Part shown: positions 10,934 through 19,705 of the stretch, piece by piece
Position numbering within the stretch: position 1 is the stretch's first letter
Layout of the letters: every line of letters starts with the position of its first letter
Position numbers and translations under genes: made by a program
The notes under the pieces: generated by a model
What the model was told of the DNA's origin: nothing
Databases searched by the model: none
Seen by the model: the letters and a program-made list of their open reading frames with translations, nothing else
Assembly (NCBI GenBank): GCA_963771355.1
Contig: CAVYTA010000006.1
Span: 416,001 to 480,000 of the forward strand
DNA from: an uncultured Candidatus Rokubacteria bacterium
Lineage (GTDB): Bacteria > Methylomirabilota > Methylomirabilia > Rokubacteriales > CSP1-6
Length of the DNA stretch: 64,000 nucleotides
Direction: 5' to 3'

Positions 10934-11494
10934 TCAGCGCTGGCCCATCGCCCGGTTCGCGACCTCGACCGTCTTCTTCGCCACGTCGAAGCGATTGGTC
11001 TCCTTGGTCTCGACATCGCCCCCGGTGACCCGGATGAAGAAGGTGTCGTCGCCGAACTCGATCGAGTGGATGTCGCCCTTCGCGAACACGGCGGCCTTGC
11101 CCGGCTCGTTGAGGAACTCCCGCTGGAGCTCGAGCTCTGCGTGGCCGGGCCGGCTCCCGTCGTCGAGGCGGCGCCACCGGCGCATCCGGGTGGGATTCTT
11201 GTAGTTGCCGTAGATCACCCAGCAGGGCCCGTGGTCGTGCACCGAGGACGTCGCGCCCTTGGCGCGGCCGTGGACCAGCACGTGCACGTCCGTCTCCGGA
11301 TCGTGGCCGATGGTGGTGCGCTCGGCGTGCGGGACGGGGTCGCCCAGATGCTTGGTGAGGAGCTCCGGGTTGGCGAGGAGCTTCTCGAGATGGTCGCGGA
11401 TCTCGGCCAGCCCCGACGGGATCCCCTTGGTCTTGATGGTGGCGCGCGTGTCGGCGAGGAACTGGTCGAGCGAGTAGAGCGCGGTCACGGCCAT
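10934..11494 (-). CDS. Cupin-fold metalloprotein (cysteine dioxygenase-like)
   Basis: VHDHGPCWVIYG and GDIHSI three-His motif. Confidence 0.75.
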   Translation of the reverse strand: MAVTALYSLDQFLADTRATIKTKGIPSGLAEIRDHLEKLLANPELLTKHLGDPVPHAERTTIGHDPETDVHVLVHGRAKGATSSVHDHGPCWVIYGNYKNPTRMRRWRRLDDGSRPGHAELELQREFLNEPGKAAVFAKGDIHSIEFGDDTFFIRVTGGDVETKETNRFDVAKKTVEVANRAMGQR

Positions 11495-11504
11495 GGGACC
11501 TCCT

Positions 11505-11975
11505 TCACGCAGTGGGCACCGCGATCCCGCGGCGCGTGAGCTCGCCCATGAGATCGAGCGCGCGGGTGGGGACGGGCCGGCCTTCGGGCACCGTCCAGAA
11601 GATCTCGAACTCGAGCCCGTCCGGATCCTTGGCGTAGAGCGAGAGGCTGACCCCGTGATCGGACTGACCCACCAGGGCCCCCACCTCCACCAGGCGGCGC
11701 TGGGCGCGCACCAGATCCGTCAGCTCCGCCACCTCCCAGGCGGAGTGGTACATGCGCGCCACGCCCTCGTGCGGCGGCGCCACGCCCGCTTGCTCGAAGA
11801 GGCCCAGGTGATGGTCGTCGGGGCTGCCGGGGATACGCAGGAAGGCCGCGCGCGGGTACCGCGTCTTCACCTCGAAGCCCAGGACCTCCACGTAGAAGCG
11901 CACGCTGCGCTCCACGTCCGAGATCCAGAGCACGAGGTGCTGGAGCCGCTTGAGCCCGATACCGCCGTCGCTCAT
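11505..11975 (-). CDS. VOC/glyoxalase family protein
   Basis: LQHLVLWISDVERSVRFY, HHLGLF, YHSAW and YAKDPDGLEFE motifs. Confidence 0.88.
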   Translation of the reverse strand: MSDGGIGLKRLQHLVLWISDVERSVRFYVEVLGFEVKTRYPRAAFLRIPGSPDDHHLGLFEQAGVAPPHEGVARMYHSAWEVAELTDLVRAQRRLVEVGALVGQSDHGVSLSLYAKDPDGLEFEIFWTVPEGRPVPTRALDLMGELTRRGIAVPTA

Positions 11976-12325
11976 CGGGAAGCCTCCGGCGCTCCGGCCG
12001 GATACTCGGCCCGCACGGTGATGACCACGCAGGCGAGGAGCGCGTCGCCGGTGGGCGCGCGCAGGCCGCCCGGCACCGCGTGCACCGTCACCTCGCCGTG
12101 CGGGAGCTCTTTGCGGACCCGCTCGACGTCCACCGACCCCGGCTCCGGCACGCCCACGGTGACGTCCACCAGCATGCGGCCGCCGCGAGCGCGGATGTCC
12201 TGGAGGAGGGGCAGGCTGGAATGGCGGATGGCGTCCGAGACGGCGCGGCAGGCGGCCTTGGTGCCGTCGCCGCCATGCACGTCCACGCCCATGCCGAACT
12301 CGAAGACGAGGGGATTCGCGCTCAT
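11972..12325 (-). CDS. Lin0512 family protein
   Basis: EFGMGVDVHGGDGTKAACRAVSDAIRHSSL and VTVGVPEP motifs. Confidence 0.8.
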   Translation of the reverse strand: MSANPLVFEFGMGVDVHGGDGTKAACRAVSDAIRHSSLPLLQDIRARGGRMLVDVTVGVPEPGSVDVERVRKELPHGEVTVHAVPGGLRAPTGDALLACVVITVRAEYPAGAPEASR

Positions 12326-12417
12326 GTGGCTGCATGGTTCCCGATGCGGTCTCCGCTGTCAAGCCGTCCGTTGTATAGTCGGGCCCTGACCCGCACCTTC
12401 ACCAGAGGGAGGACGCC

Positions 12418-13353
12418 GTGAAGCTTCTCTTTTTCGACGAGTTCCGGCTGGGCGTGCTCGAGGGTGACACCGTGCACGACGTCACCGCGGCGGTGCAGGA
12501 CCTGCCGCATACCGGGCCCCACGATCTCATCAATGCGCTCATCGCGCGGTTCGCCGAGCGTCGCGCGGCGCTCACCGAGGCGGTCCGGCGCGGGAAGGGC
12601 GTCCCGCTCACGCAGGTCCGGATCCGGCCGCCGCTGCCGCGGCCCGTCACCATCGTGTGCATGGCGGTGAACTACATGGAGGACGGCACGCGGACGGAGC
12701 CGGCGCCCATCAACGCCTTCCAGAAGTCGCCCCTCTGCGTCATCGGGCAAGGTGACACCATGGTGCTGCCCGACGTTCCCGCCACCATCTTCGAGGGCGA
12801 GGCGGAGGTGGCGGTGATCATCGGCAAGCGCGCGTCGAATGTCCGGGCCGCCGACGCCATGAGCTATATCTTCGGCTACACGAACTTCATCGACGGCTCC
12901 GCGCGGGGATTGCCGCCCGCGGGCAATACCTTCTACCAGATGAAGTCGCGCGACACCTTTGCGCCCATGGGGCCCTACCTGGTCACCGCCGACGAGGTGC
13001 CCGACCCGCATAAGCTCGCGGTGAAGCTCTGGGTGAACGGGACCCTCATGCAGAACTTCAACACCAGCGACATGGCCCACAATATCCCGCGCTGCATCGA
13101 GTGGGTGACCTCCATCCATCCCCTCGAAGTGGGCGATGTCCTGGCCACCGGGACCAACCACCGGGGGCTCTCCGGCTTCCAGAACGGGGACCGGGTCGAG
13201 CTGGAGACGGAGGGGCTAGGGCGGCTGCACTTCGGAATCCGCGACGACCTCAAGCGCACGTGGTCGCGCGAGACGCGGCTGAACCGGCAGGAGAAGGGGC
13301 TCGAGGGCACCACGCCCCAGCTCAGCGGGAAGCACGCGCCGCCCGCGCGATAA
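12418..13353 (+). CDS. Fumarylacetoacetate hydrolase family protein
   Basis: FEGEAEVAVIIGK, KSRDTFAPMGP and GDVLATGT motifs. Confidence 0.9.
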   Translation: MKLLFFDEFRLGVLEGDTVHDVTAAVQDLPHTGPHDLINALIARFAERRAALTEAVRRGKGVPLTQVRIRPPLPRPVTIVCMAVNYMEDGTRTEPAPINAFQKSPLCVIGQGDTMVLPDVPATIFEGEAEVAVIIGKRASNVRAADAMSYIFGYTNFIDGSARGLPPAGNTFYQMKSRDTFAPMGPYLVTADEVPDPHKLAVKLWVNGTLMQNFNTSDMAHNIPRCIEWVTSIHPLEVGDVLATGTNHRGLSGFQNGDRVELETEGLGRLHFGIRDDLKRTWSRETRLNRQEKGLEGTTPQLSGKHAPPAR

Positions 13354-13367
13354 GGCGTTGCGCGCGG

Positions 13368-14591
13368 CTAGGGCGTCTCGACGAAGCCGGCCCGCGCGAG
13401 CTCGTCCACGCGGGCAGGGGCATAGCCGAGCAGGCCCTCGAGGACGGGCCGCGTGTGCTCGCCCACGCGATAGGGCGCGGGGTGGCGTGGGCCCAGCGGC
13501 TGGCCGTCGAGGTGATACGGGCTCGCGGTGACGCGCACGTCGCCCCGCGCGGGATGCGGCACTGCGGGAAAGAATCCCCGCTCCGCCAGGTGGGGGGAGG
13601 CGATCACCTCGGCCGGGCGCAGCACCGGCGCGCATGGAATGCGGGCCTCGGCCAGCGCGGCGAGCGCGGCGTCCACGCTGGGGAACGTCTCGAGCCACGC
13701 GGTGACGATCTCGCGCAGCGGCCGCCAGTTCACGCGCCGCTTCTCCGTGGTGTCGAATCGCGGATCGCCATCCAGCTCGGGCCGCCCCATGAGGCCGAGC
13801 ATGCGCGGCCAGAGCTCGGCGGAGCCCACGAACTGCATGGCGAGGCTCCGGTCCCCGATGGCGGCCACCACCATGCCCGGGCGCGGGTTGCCGTGTTCCT
13901 GCCCGCCGTTCAGGACCGCGGCGTAGGTGACGCTGTCGGCGGCGACGAGCGCCTCGAGCATGGACACGTCCAGGTACGCGCCGCGTCCGGTCCGTCCGCG
14001 CCGGAGAAGGGCGCCCATGATGGCGCCGGCGGCATGGGTGCCGGCGAGGACGTCCGCGGCCTGGAGGTTCGAGGCGCGCGGGGCCGCCTCGTCGCCCTGC
14101 TCGAGGTGCATGAGGCCGGACTGCGCGTTGATGATGTGGGCGAACGCGGGCCGCGCGCGCCAGGGCCCGGTCTGGCCGAAGCCGGAGATGGAGCAGTAGA
14201 CGAGGTCGGGCTTGAGCGCCCGCAGGGTCTTCTCGTCGCAGCCAAGCCGGCCCACCACCCCGGGCATGAAGTTCTCCACGAATACGTCCGCGTGTCGCGC
14301 GAGATCGTGGATGACCGCGCGCCCCTCGGGGCGCGACATGTCCACCGCCACGCTTTCCTTGCCCGCGTTGACGCGGTGGAAGTAGCTGCTCTGGTCGGCG
14401 CGCCCCGGCTCGAGCTGGAGATAGTTGCGACGGGTCTCGTCGCCGTCGCCGGGCCGTTCGATCTTGATGACGCGGGCGCCCAGGTCGCAGAGGAGGCGGG
14501 TGCAATAGGGACCGGCGAGCACCCGGGTGAGGTCGAGGATGGTGTAGCCGGCGAGGGGTAGCTCGTCGGCGGCGGAGGGCGTGGGCGACAC
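13368..14591 (-). CDS. Family III CoA-transferase (CaiB/BaiF)
   Basis: LDLTRVLAGPYCTRLLCDLGARVIKIE, DVFVENF and SISGFGQTGP motifs; GTG start at 14591 inferred. Confidence 0.9.
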   Translation of the reverse strand: MSPTPSAADELPLAGYTILDLTRVLAGPYCTRLLCDLGARVIKIERPGDGDETRRNYLQLEPGRADQSSYFHRVNAGKESVAVDMSRPEGRAVIHDLARHADVFVENFMPGVVGRLGCDEKTLRALKPDLVYCSISGFGQTGPWRARPAFAHIINAQSGLMHLEQGDEAAPRASNLQAADVLAGTHAAGAIMGALLRRGRTGRGAYLDVSMLEALVAADSVTYAAVLNGGQEHGNPRPGMVVAAIGDRSLAMQFVGSAELWPRMLGLMGRPELDGDPRFDTTEKRRVNWRPLREIVTAWLETFPSVDAALAALAEARIPCAPVLRPAEVIASPHLAERGFFPAVPHPARGDVRVTASPYHLDGQPLGPRHPAPYRVGEHTRPVLEGLLGYAPARVDELARAGFVETP

Positions 14592-14592
14592 G

Positions 14593-15660
14593 TCAGGCGA
14601 CGTGGGCGGCGGACTCCGCGCGCGGGAGCCCCAGCGTCTCACCCGCCGCGAGCAGCTCCTCCCAGGTGGTGGGGTCCACGTAGATGCCGTCGCGCGTGCG
14701 CTCGGCATGCGCGATCCGCTCCGGATCGCCCGGCACCAGCACGGGCAGGGCGGGATCGGCCGCCGGCGAAGCCTTCACGTAGTCCACGAAGCCGTCGATC
14801 TCCCGGCGCAGCCAGTCCACGCCGGCCAGGCGGGCAGGGTCGACCAGCACCGCGAACATGTTGTTGATGATGCCGCCCAGCCGCGCATTGCCGGGCTGGA
14901 TGGTGGGGCCGCCCGACAGCGCGCCGGCGAGGAGCTCCGCCACCACCGCGAGCCCGTAGCCCTTGTGCCCGCCGAAGGGGAGCATGGCGCCCTGCGGCTC
15001 GCTGTACATCACGTTGGGGTCGCGCGTGGGCCGGCCCTGGGCGTCGATGAGGGTGCCGTCGGGGGCGGGCTTGCCCTCGTTCTTCGCCACCCGGACCTTG
15101 CCCATGGCCACCGCGCTGGTGGCCATGTCGAGGAGCACGGCGGGCTGACGCTCGGTCGGGGGCAGGCCGATGCAGACGGGATTGGTGGAGAAGCGCGCGT
15201 CGCCCCCCCGGAAGGGCGCCACCAGCGCCCGGTGATCGGCCACGTTCACGAAGTGCAGGGAGACGAGCCCGGCGGCGGTGGCCATCTCGCCGTAGACGCC
15301 CACGCGCCCGATATGATGCGCGTTGGCGAGGGTGGCCACCGTGACGCCGGTCTGGCGACAACGGGCGATGGCGGCGGACATCATCTCGCCCGCCACCGCG
15401 CGCCCGTAGCCGCGGTTACCGTCGAACATCAGGAAGGGGCCGTCGTCCTTGACCACCTTGGCCGGCGTGTTGGGGACGACGAGACCCGCGCGCAGATGAC
15501 GGACATAGGTCGGGATCATCCCGATCCCATGGCTGTCGTGGCCCTTGAGATTGGCCTCGACCAGGTGACCCGCGACGAGGTCCGCCTCGCCGGCGGCGCT
15601 GCCGCCGGCACGTAGAATGGCGCCTCCGAGCTGTCGCAGTCCCTTCGCCGTCGCGCGCAC
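14593..15660 (-). CDS. Ldh_2 family (malate/L-lactate/ureidoglycolate) dehydrogenase
   Basis: GHDSHGIG, HHIGRVG, STNPVC, LLDMATS and GGHKGYGL motifs; start inferred. Confidence 0.88.
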   Translation of the reverse strand: MRATAKGLRQLGGAILRAGGSAAGEADLVAGHLVEANLKGHDSHGIGMIPTYVRHLRAGLVVPNTPAKVVKDDGPFLMFDGNRGYGRAVAGEMMSAAIARCRQTGVTVATLANAHHIGRVGVYGEMATAAGLVSLHFVNVADHRALVAPFRGGDARFSTNPVCIGLPPTERQPAVLLDMATSAVAMGKVRVAKNEGKPAPDGTLIDAQGRPTRDPNVMYSEPQGAMLPFGGHKGYGLAVVAELLAGALSGGPTIQPGNARLGGIINNMFAVLVDPARLAGVDWLRREIDGFVDYVKASPAADPALPVLVPGDPERIAHAERTRDGIYVDPTTWEELLAAGETLGLPRAESAAHVA

Positions 15661-15677
15661 GGGTGCCCCGCCCCGCG

Positions 15678-16289
15678 TTACTTCTTGACCTCGGCGGGAA
15701 GCAGACCCAGCCGGGTGGCCAGCACCTGCTGCACTTCCTTGGCCGCCTCGCGCCACAGGCTATTGGGCCCGTCGTGCAGCGCCTGGTACTGCTTCCGGAA
15801 CTCGGCCAGGGCCGCGTCCTGCTGGTCGGCGGGGGCCACGTCCACGGTCTTCGCGCGCAGGCCGATCATCTTCTGGGTGGCCGCGCCGGAGCGCTCGATC
15901 CAGTGGCCGATCTCGTTCCAGTTGGCGTCGAAGAAGACGATGACCGGGATGGAGCGGTAGCCGTTGTTGAGGTAGAGATCGGTGATGTCGAGATTCTGGT
16001 CGCGGAAGAAGACGCGCAGCTCGCAGTTGGGCATGGCCTCGCAGATATGGGCCAGCAACGGCGAGTTCCGGTGCACGTCGCCGCACCAGTTCTCGGCCAG
16101 CATGACGGCATACTTGACCTTGCCGAGCGCGTTCCCGCTGAAGAACTTGCGCTCCTCGTCGGTGAGCTTGGTCTTGCCGTAGTTGTCCTCGGTGCGGGCC
16201 TGGGTGTCGCCCATCTGGGCCATGTAGTCCTTCCAGCTGAGACCCTTGGCGAAGCGGGCGGCGTCGAGCGGAACGGTGAGCTGGGCCAT
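15678..16289 (-). CDS. Thioredoxin-fold protein (WCGDV active site)
   Basis: AENWCGDV and RSIPVIVFFD motifs; AAGGAG SD. Confidence 0.85.
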   Translation of the reverse strand: MAQLTVPLDAARFAKGLSWKDYMAQMGDTQARTEDNYGKTKLTDEERKFFSGNALGKVKYAVMLAENWCGDVHRNSPLLAHICEAMPNCELRVFFRDQNLDITDLYLNNGYRSIPVIVFFDANWNEIGHWIERSGAATQKMIGLRAKTVDVAPADQQDAALAEFRKQYQALHDGPNSLWREAAKEVQQVLATRLGLLPAEVKK

Positions 16290-16318
16290 GTCTGATTCTC
16301 CTTGCTCGAGGTGAGGGT

Positions 16319-16478
16319 CGATGATCCGGGGCCAACGAAGTCGTCGTTAGCATACAGGAATCGCGGCCCGAAGGGGAGCCGCTCTCCGGTGGTGATCCAC
16401 CCAGGCGCAGACGCACCAATGGCGGCTCGAAGGCCGCCGGTGCAGCCGGTTGCCGCCGGACCGGGGTTCGGGTCATCG
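16319..16478. ncRNA. Candidate structured RNA / cis-regulatory leader of the thioredoxin gene
   Basis: Closing helix CGATGATCCGGG/TTCGGGTCATCG enclosing several hairpins; no known family recognised. Confidence 0.35.
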
Positions 16479-16670
16479 CACTTGGAGAAGTCGATGGCAA
16501 TTCGGGCCCGAGATTCGACTGTAGTGTAGGCGGACATTTACACCCCGTAAGCCATGACGGGATTCATGCCCTGCAAGCTATTGAAAGTCCGCGGTCGCCG
16601 GGGTGGCAAGCGGGGTGCATACCCTCATCGAGGCGCCGTCGCGGTAAAGCCGCCACGCTGACGGGCTTCA

Positions 16671-16705
16671 ACGGGCGGTGCTCCGCGTGAGCGGGCACCG
16701 CCCGT
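16671..16705 (-). terminator. GC-rich hairpin downstream of TRAP SBP gene (possible terminator)
   Basis: Perfect 11-bp inverted repeat ACGGGCGGTGC/GCACCGCCCGT; no clear U-tract. Confidence 0.45.
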
Positions 16706-16730
16706 CGTCTTGCTGTCGGCGGGCCCGACG

Positions 16731-17849
16731 CTACCGCTTCTGCCAGTAGTGGCGGACCGCGATGTCCATCGGAGGCGTCATCCTCTGCGCGTGGGCCACC
16801 GTCTTCCGGGCGTACTCCTTCTGCGCGGCCAGCACCTTGGCGAAGAACGGGTTCTTCTGCGCCTCGGCGTCGAAGGTCTTGTCGATGGCGTCCAGCTCGG
16901 CGCGGAGGATCTCGTCGGGCGTGCGCAGGATCTGGACGCCATGCTTGGTGACCAGCTCGTCCGCGGCCTGGCTGTCATGGTCCACCGTGTAGGCGCTCAG
17001 CCGGGTGATCTCGGCCATGGCGGCGTACTTGACGATGGCCTGGAGATCCGGAGGCAGCTCCGCCCACTTCTTCCGGTTGACGATCAGCTCGTGGAAGGTG
17101 GGCGGCTGCCGGAAGCTCGGCATGTAGTAGAACTTGGCCGCTTGCTGGAAGCCGATGACCATGTCGCGGCTCGGGATCGCCCACTCGGCGCCGTCGATGA
17201 CCCCGCGCTCGAGCGAGGGGACGATGTCGCCGCCGGCCATTCCCACCGTCGAGACGCCCATCCGCCGGAACATCTCGAGTCCGATCCCCGAGGACCGGAA
17301 CTTCAGCTTGCGCAGGTCCTCGAGGTTGTTCATGGGCTTCTTGACCCACCCGAAGGCCTCCCAGAACGGCTGGATCGTCGTGAAGTGGGCCACGACGTCC
17401 ATCTTCAGCTCCTTCTGGAGCAGCTCGTTGTAGAGCTCCTGCCCGCCCCCCGCGTACAGCCAGGCGGTGAACTCGTTCTGCCCCATTCCGAATGTCCCGC
17501 CGAGCGGGGAGCCGAAGAGCCCGGCGGCGGAGTTCTTGCCCGCCCAGAGGCCCGGCCACGTGAGGCCGCCGTCCAGCGCGCCGCGGTTCACGGCATCCAG
17601 CACCTCGAAGAATCCGACCACGGCGCCCACCGGAAGCGTCTCGATCTTGAGGCGGCCGCCCGACATCTGCTCGATCGACTTGGCCAGCTCGACCAGGGAG
17701 CGATGCGGATAGTCGGTGACGGGAAACGAGCTCTGGACCTTCCAGACGAACGTCCGCGGCTGGGCGGGCGCCGGGGTCTGGGCCAGCGACGCGAGGACGA
17801 GGAGCGCGACGATCGCCGTGGTCAGCGCGAACCAGGTGCGTGCTCTCAT
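16731..17849 (-). CDS. TRAP transporter substrate-binding protein (DctP/TakP-like)
   Basis: Signal peptide; WKVQSSF, MSGGRLKIE, LKFRSSG and LERGVIDGAEW motifs. Confidence 0.9.
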   Translation of the reverse strand: MRARTWFALTTAIVALLVLASLAQTPAPAQPRTFVWKVQSSFPVTDYPHRSLVELAKSIEQMSGGRLKIETLPVGAVVGFFEVLDAVNRGALDGGLTWPGLWAGKNSAAGLFGSPLGGTFGMGQNEFTAWLYAGGGQELYNELLQKELKMDVVAHFTTIQPFWEAFGWVKKPMNNLEDLRKLKFRSSGIGLEMFRRMGVSTVGMAGGDIVPSLERGVIDGAEWAIPSRDMVIGFQQAAKFYYMPSFRQPPTFHELIVNRKKWAELPPDLQAIVKYAAMAEITRLSAYTVDHDSQAADELVTKHGVQILRTPDEILRAELDAIDKTFDAEAQKNPFFAKVLAAQKEYARKTVAHAQRMTPPMDIAVRHYWQKR

Positions 17850-17875
17850 CTTCTTCTCCTTTGTGGGCTTCGGGT

Positions 17876-18754
17876 TCAGGCCAGGAACTCGCGCACCGTC
17901 TTCAGGAAGACCTCCAGCTTGTCGTGGTGGAGCCAGTGGCCGGCGCCGTCCACGCCGATCACGCGCGCGTTCGGGAAGTGCCGCGCGCGTCCGTCCGCGC
18001 CGGGATCCCCGGAGCGGCTCTCCTTGCCGTACAGGAGCAGGGTGGGGCAGGTCACGCGCGACCAGAGATGCGCGATGTCCCGCCCGCGCATGTCGTAGGG
18101 GAACCACGCCCGCACGTAGTTGTCGAACTTCCAGCTATACGTCCCGTCCTCGTTCTGGTTGACGCCGTGCACGGTGAGGTGGCGCGCCTGCTCGGCGGTG
18201 AGGTGGGGGTTTTCCTCCTGCATGCGCTTGAAGGCGTCCTCGATGGAGGCGTAGCGGCGGGGTAGCCGCCCGGCCAGCATCCGCTGCTCGTGAATCCACT
18301 CGATCATCCGCTGGTCGATGGTCTTCTCGCGCTCGGCGCGGACCTCGGGCGAGGGACCGAGCCCCTCGATGGCCACCAGCCGCGACACCGTCTCCGGATA
18401 GATGCCGGCGTAGCGCAGGGCGATGTTGCCGCCCAGCGAGTGCGCGACGATGGTCACGGGCGCCAGCCGTTGCTGGTGGATGAGCTGGGCAAGATCGTAG
18501 AGGTAGCCCGCCATGGTATAGCTGCCGTCCGGCGACCACTGGCTGTCACCGTGGCCGCGCAGGTCCGGCGCGATGACATGCCACCGGTCGCGGAAGGCGG
18601 CGGCGGTCCAGTCCCAGTTCCGGCAGTGGTCGCGGCCGCCGTGGACAAGCAGCAGCGGCGGCGCTCCGGGATTTCCCCAATCGACATAGTGCAGGCGCAG
18701 GCGCTGGGAGAAGTACGAGTGGGAGGCCGGGCCCGGCGCTCGATCGTTGCTCAT
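17876..18754 (-). CDS. Alpha/beta hydrolase
   Basis: LVHGG, PDLRGHGDS, AHSLGG nucleophile elbow and GAGHWLHHD. Confidence 0.9.
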   Translation of the reverse strand: MSNDRAPGPASHSYFSQRLRLHYVDWGNPGAPPLLLVHGGRDHCRNWDWTAAAFRDRWHVIAPDLRGHGDSQWSPDGSYTMAGYLYDLAQLIHQQRLAPVTIVAHSLGGNIALRYAGIYPETVSRLVAIEGLGPSPEVRAEREKTIDQRMIEWIHEQRMLAGRLPRRYASIEDAFKRMQEENPHLTAEQARHLTVHGVNQNEDGTYSWKFDNYVRAWFPYDMRGRDIAHLWSRVTCPTLLLYGKESRSGDPGADGRARHFPNARVIGVDGAGHWLHHDKLEVFLKTVREFLA

Positions 18755-18765
18755 CAGCGAGGAGG

Positions 18766-19581
18766 TCAGAAGCCGAGAAAGTCCCGGAGCGCCGCCAGCA
18801 CCGCGTCGGGATTGTCCTCGTGCAGCGTGTGGACGGCCCGCGGGATCTCCACGAAGCGTCCCCGCGGCAGCGTCGTCGCCATGCGCTCTGCCACGTCGCG
18901 GTCGAGCACGGTGCTCTCCGCGCCGCGCAGCACCAGGGTCGGCGGGGTGACCGTCTTCAGCAGCCCCCACCAGTCGATCTCGCCGGTGAAGCGCCGCTCC
19001 TTGACGCTCGGATGCCAGGTCCAGATGAGCCGGCCGTCGGGGCGCGTCTTGAGGCTGGTGGTGGCGACCCAGCGGTAGTAGTGGATGCCGGGATAGGGAT
19101 TGCCGCGGTAGAGATGCTGGGCCGCCTGCTCCACGCTGTCCCAGCTCTCGGGCTCCGGCGGGCCGGATGACGGCTGGCTGGCGCGCTTGCTGATCTCGGG
19201 GCCGATGTCCACGATGACCAGCTTCTGCACCGCCTCCGGCCGCTTCGCGGTGAAGTAGATCGCGTTGCGCCCGCCCATGGAGAGCCCCACCAGGACGAGC
19301 GACGCGAGGCCGAGCTGCGCGGTCACGCCGGTGAGATCGTCGAAGGCGGTGATGGGGCCGTAGGTCTCGGCGGGATCGCTCTCGCCGTGACCACGCTGGT
19401 CCAGCGCATAGACGTGGAAGTGCGGCTGCAGCGCGAGGCTCAGCGTGTCCCAGGCATGGGCGTGTCCGGTGAAGCCGTGCAGGAGGAGGAGCGGCGTGCG
19501 CCCTTCCCCGCCCCAGTCCAGGCAGTGCAGGCGCAGGCCATTGACGGTCAGATAGCGATCGGCCGGCCGGAGGAGGTTCAT
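18766..19581 (-). CDS. Alpha/beta hydrolase
   Basis: LLHGF, DQRGHGES, GLSMGG and HTLHEDNP motifs. Confidence 0.9.
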   Translation of the reverse strand: MNLLRPADRYLTVNGLRLHCLDWGGEGRTPLLLLHGFTGHAHAWDTLSLALQPHFHVYALDQRGHGESDPAETYGPITAFDDLTGVTAQLGLASLVLVGLSMGGRNAIYFTAKRPEAVQKLVIVDIGPEISKRASQPSSGPPEPESWDSVEQAAQHLYRGNPYPGIHYYRWVATTSLKTRPDGRLIWTWHPSVKERRFTGEIDWWGLLKTVTPPTLVLRGAESTVLDRDVAERMATTLPRGRFVEIPRAVHTLHEDNPDAVLAALRDFLGF

Positions 19582-19705
19582 GCGCTGGGCCAAGAGTAGC
19601 GGGGCGGGGAGGAGGAATCAAGGGTGCGATTGGCCTCCCGCGCGTCGCGTGCTAGACTCCCGCGCGTCGGGTTTGCCGCGGCCCGCGCCGCGAGGGGAGG
19701 ACGCC

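Noticed and set aside
16319..16478. Glycine riboswitch, SRP RNA, 6S RNA or tRNA
   Set aside because: Only partial resemblance (CCGAAGGGG); the required consensus elements and cloverleaf are absent.
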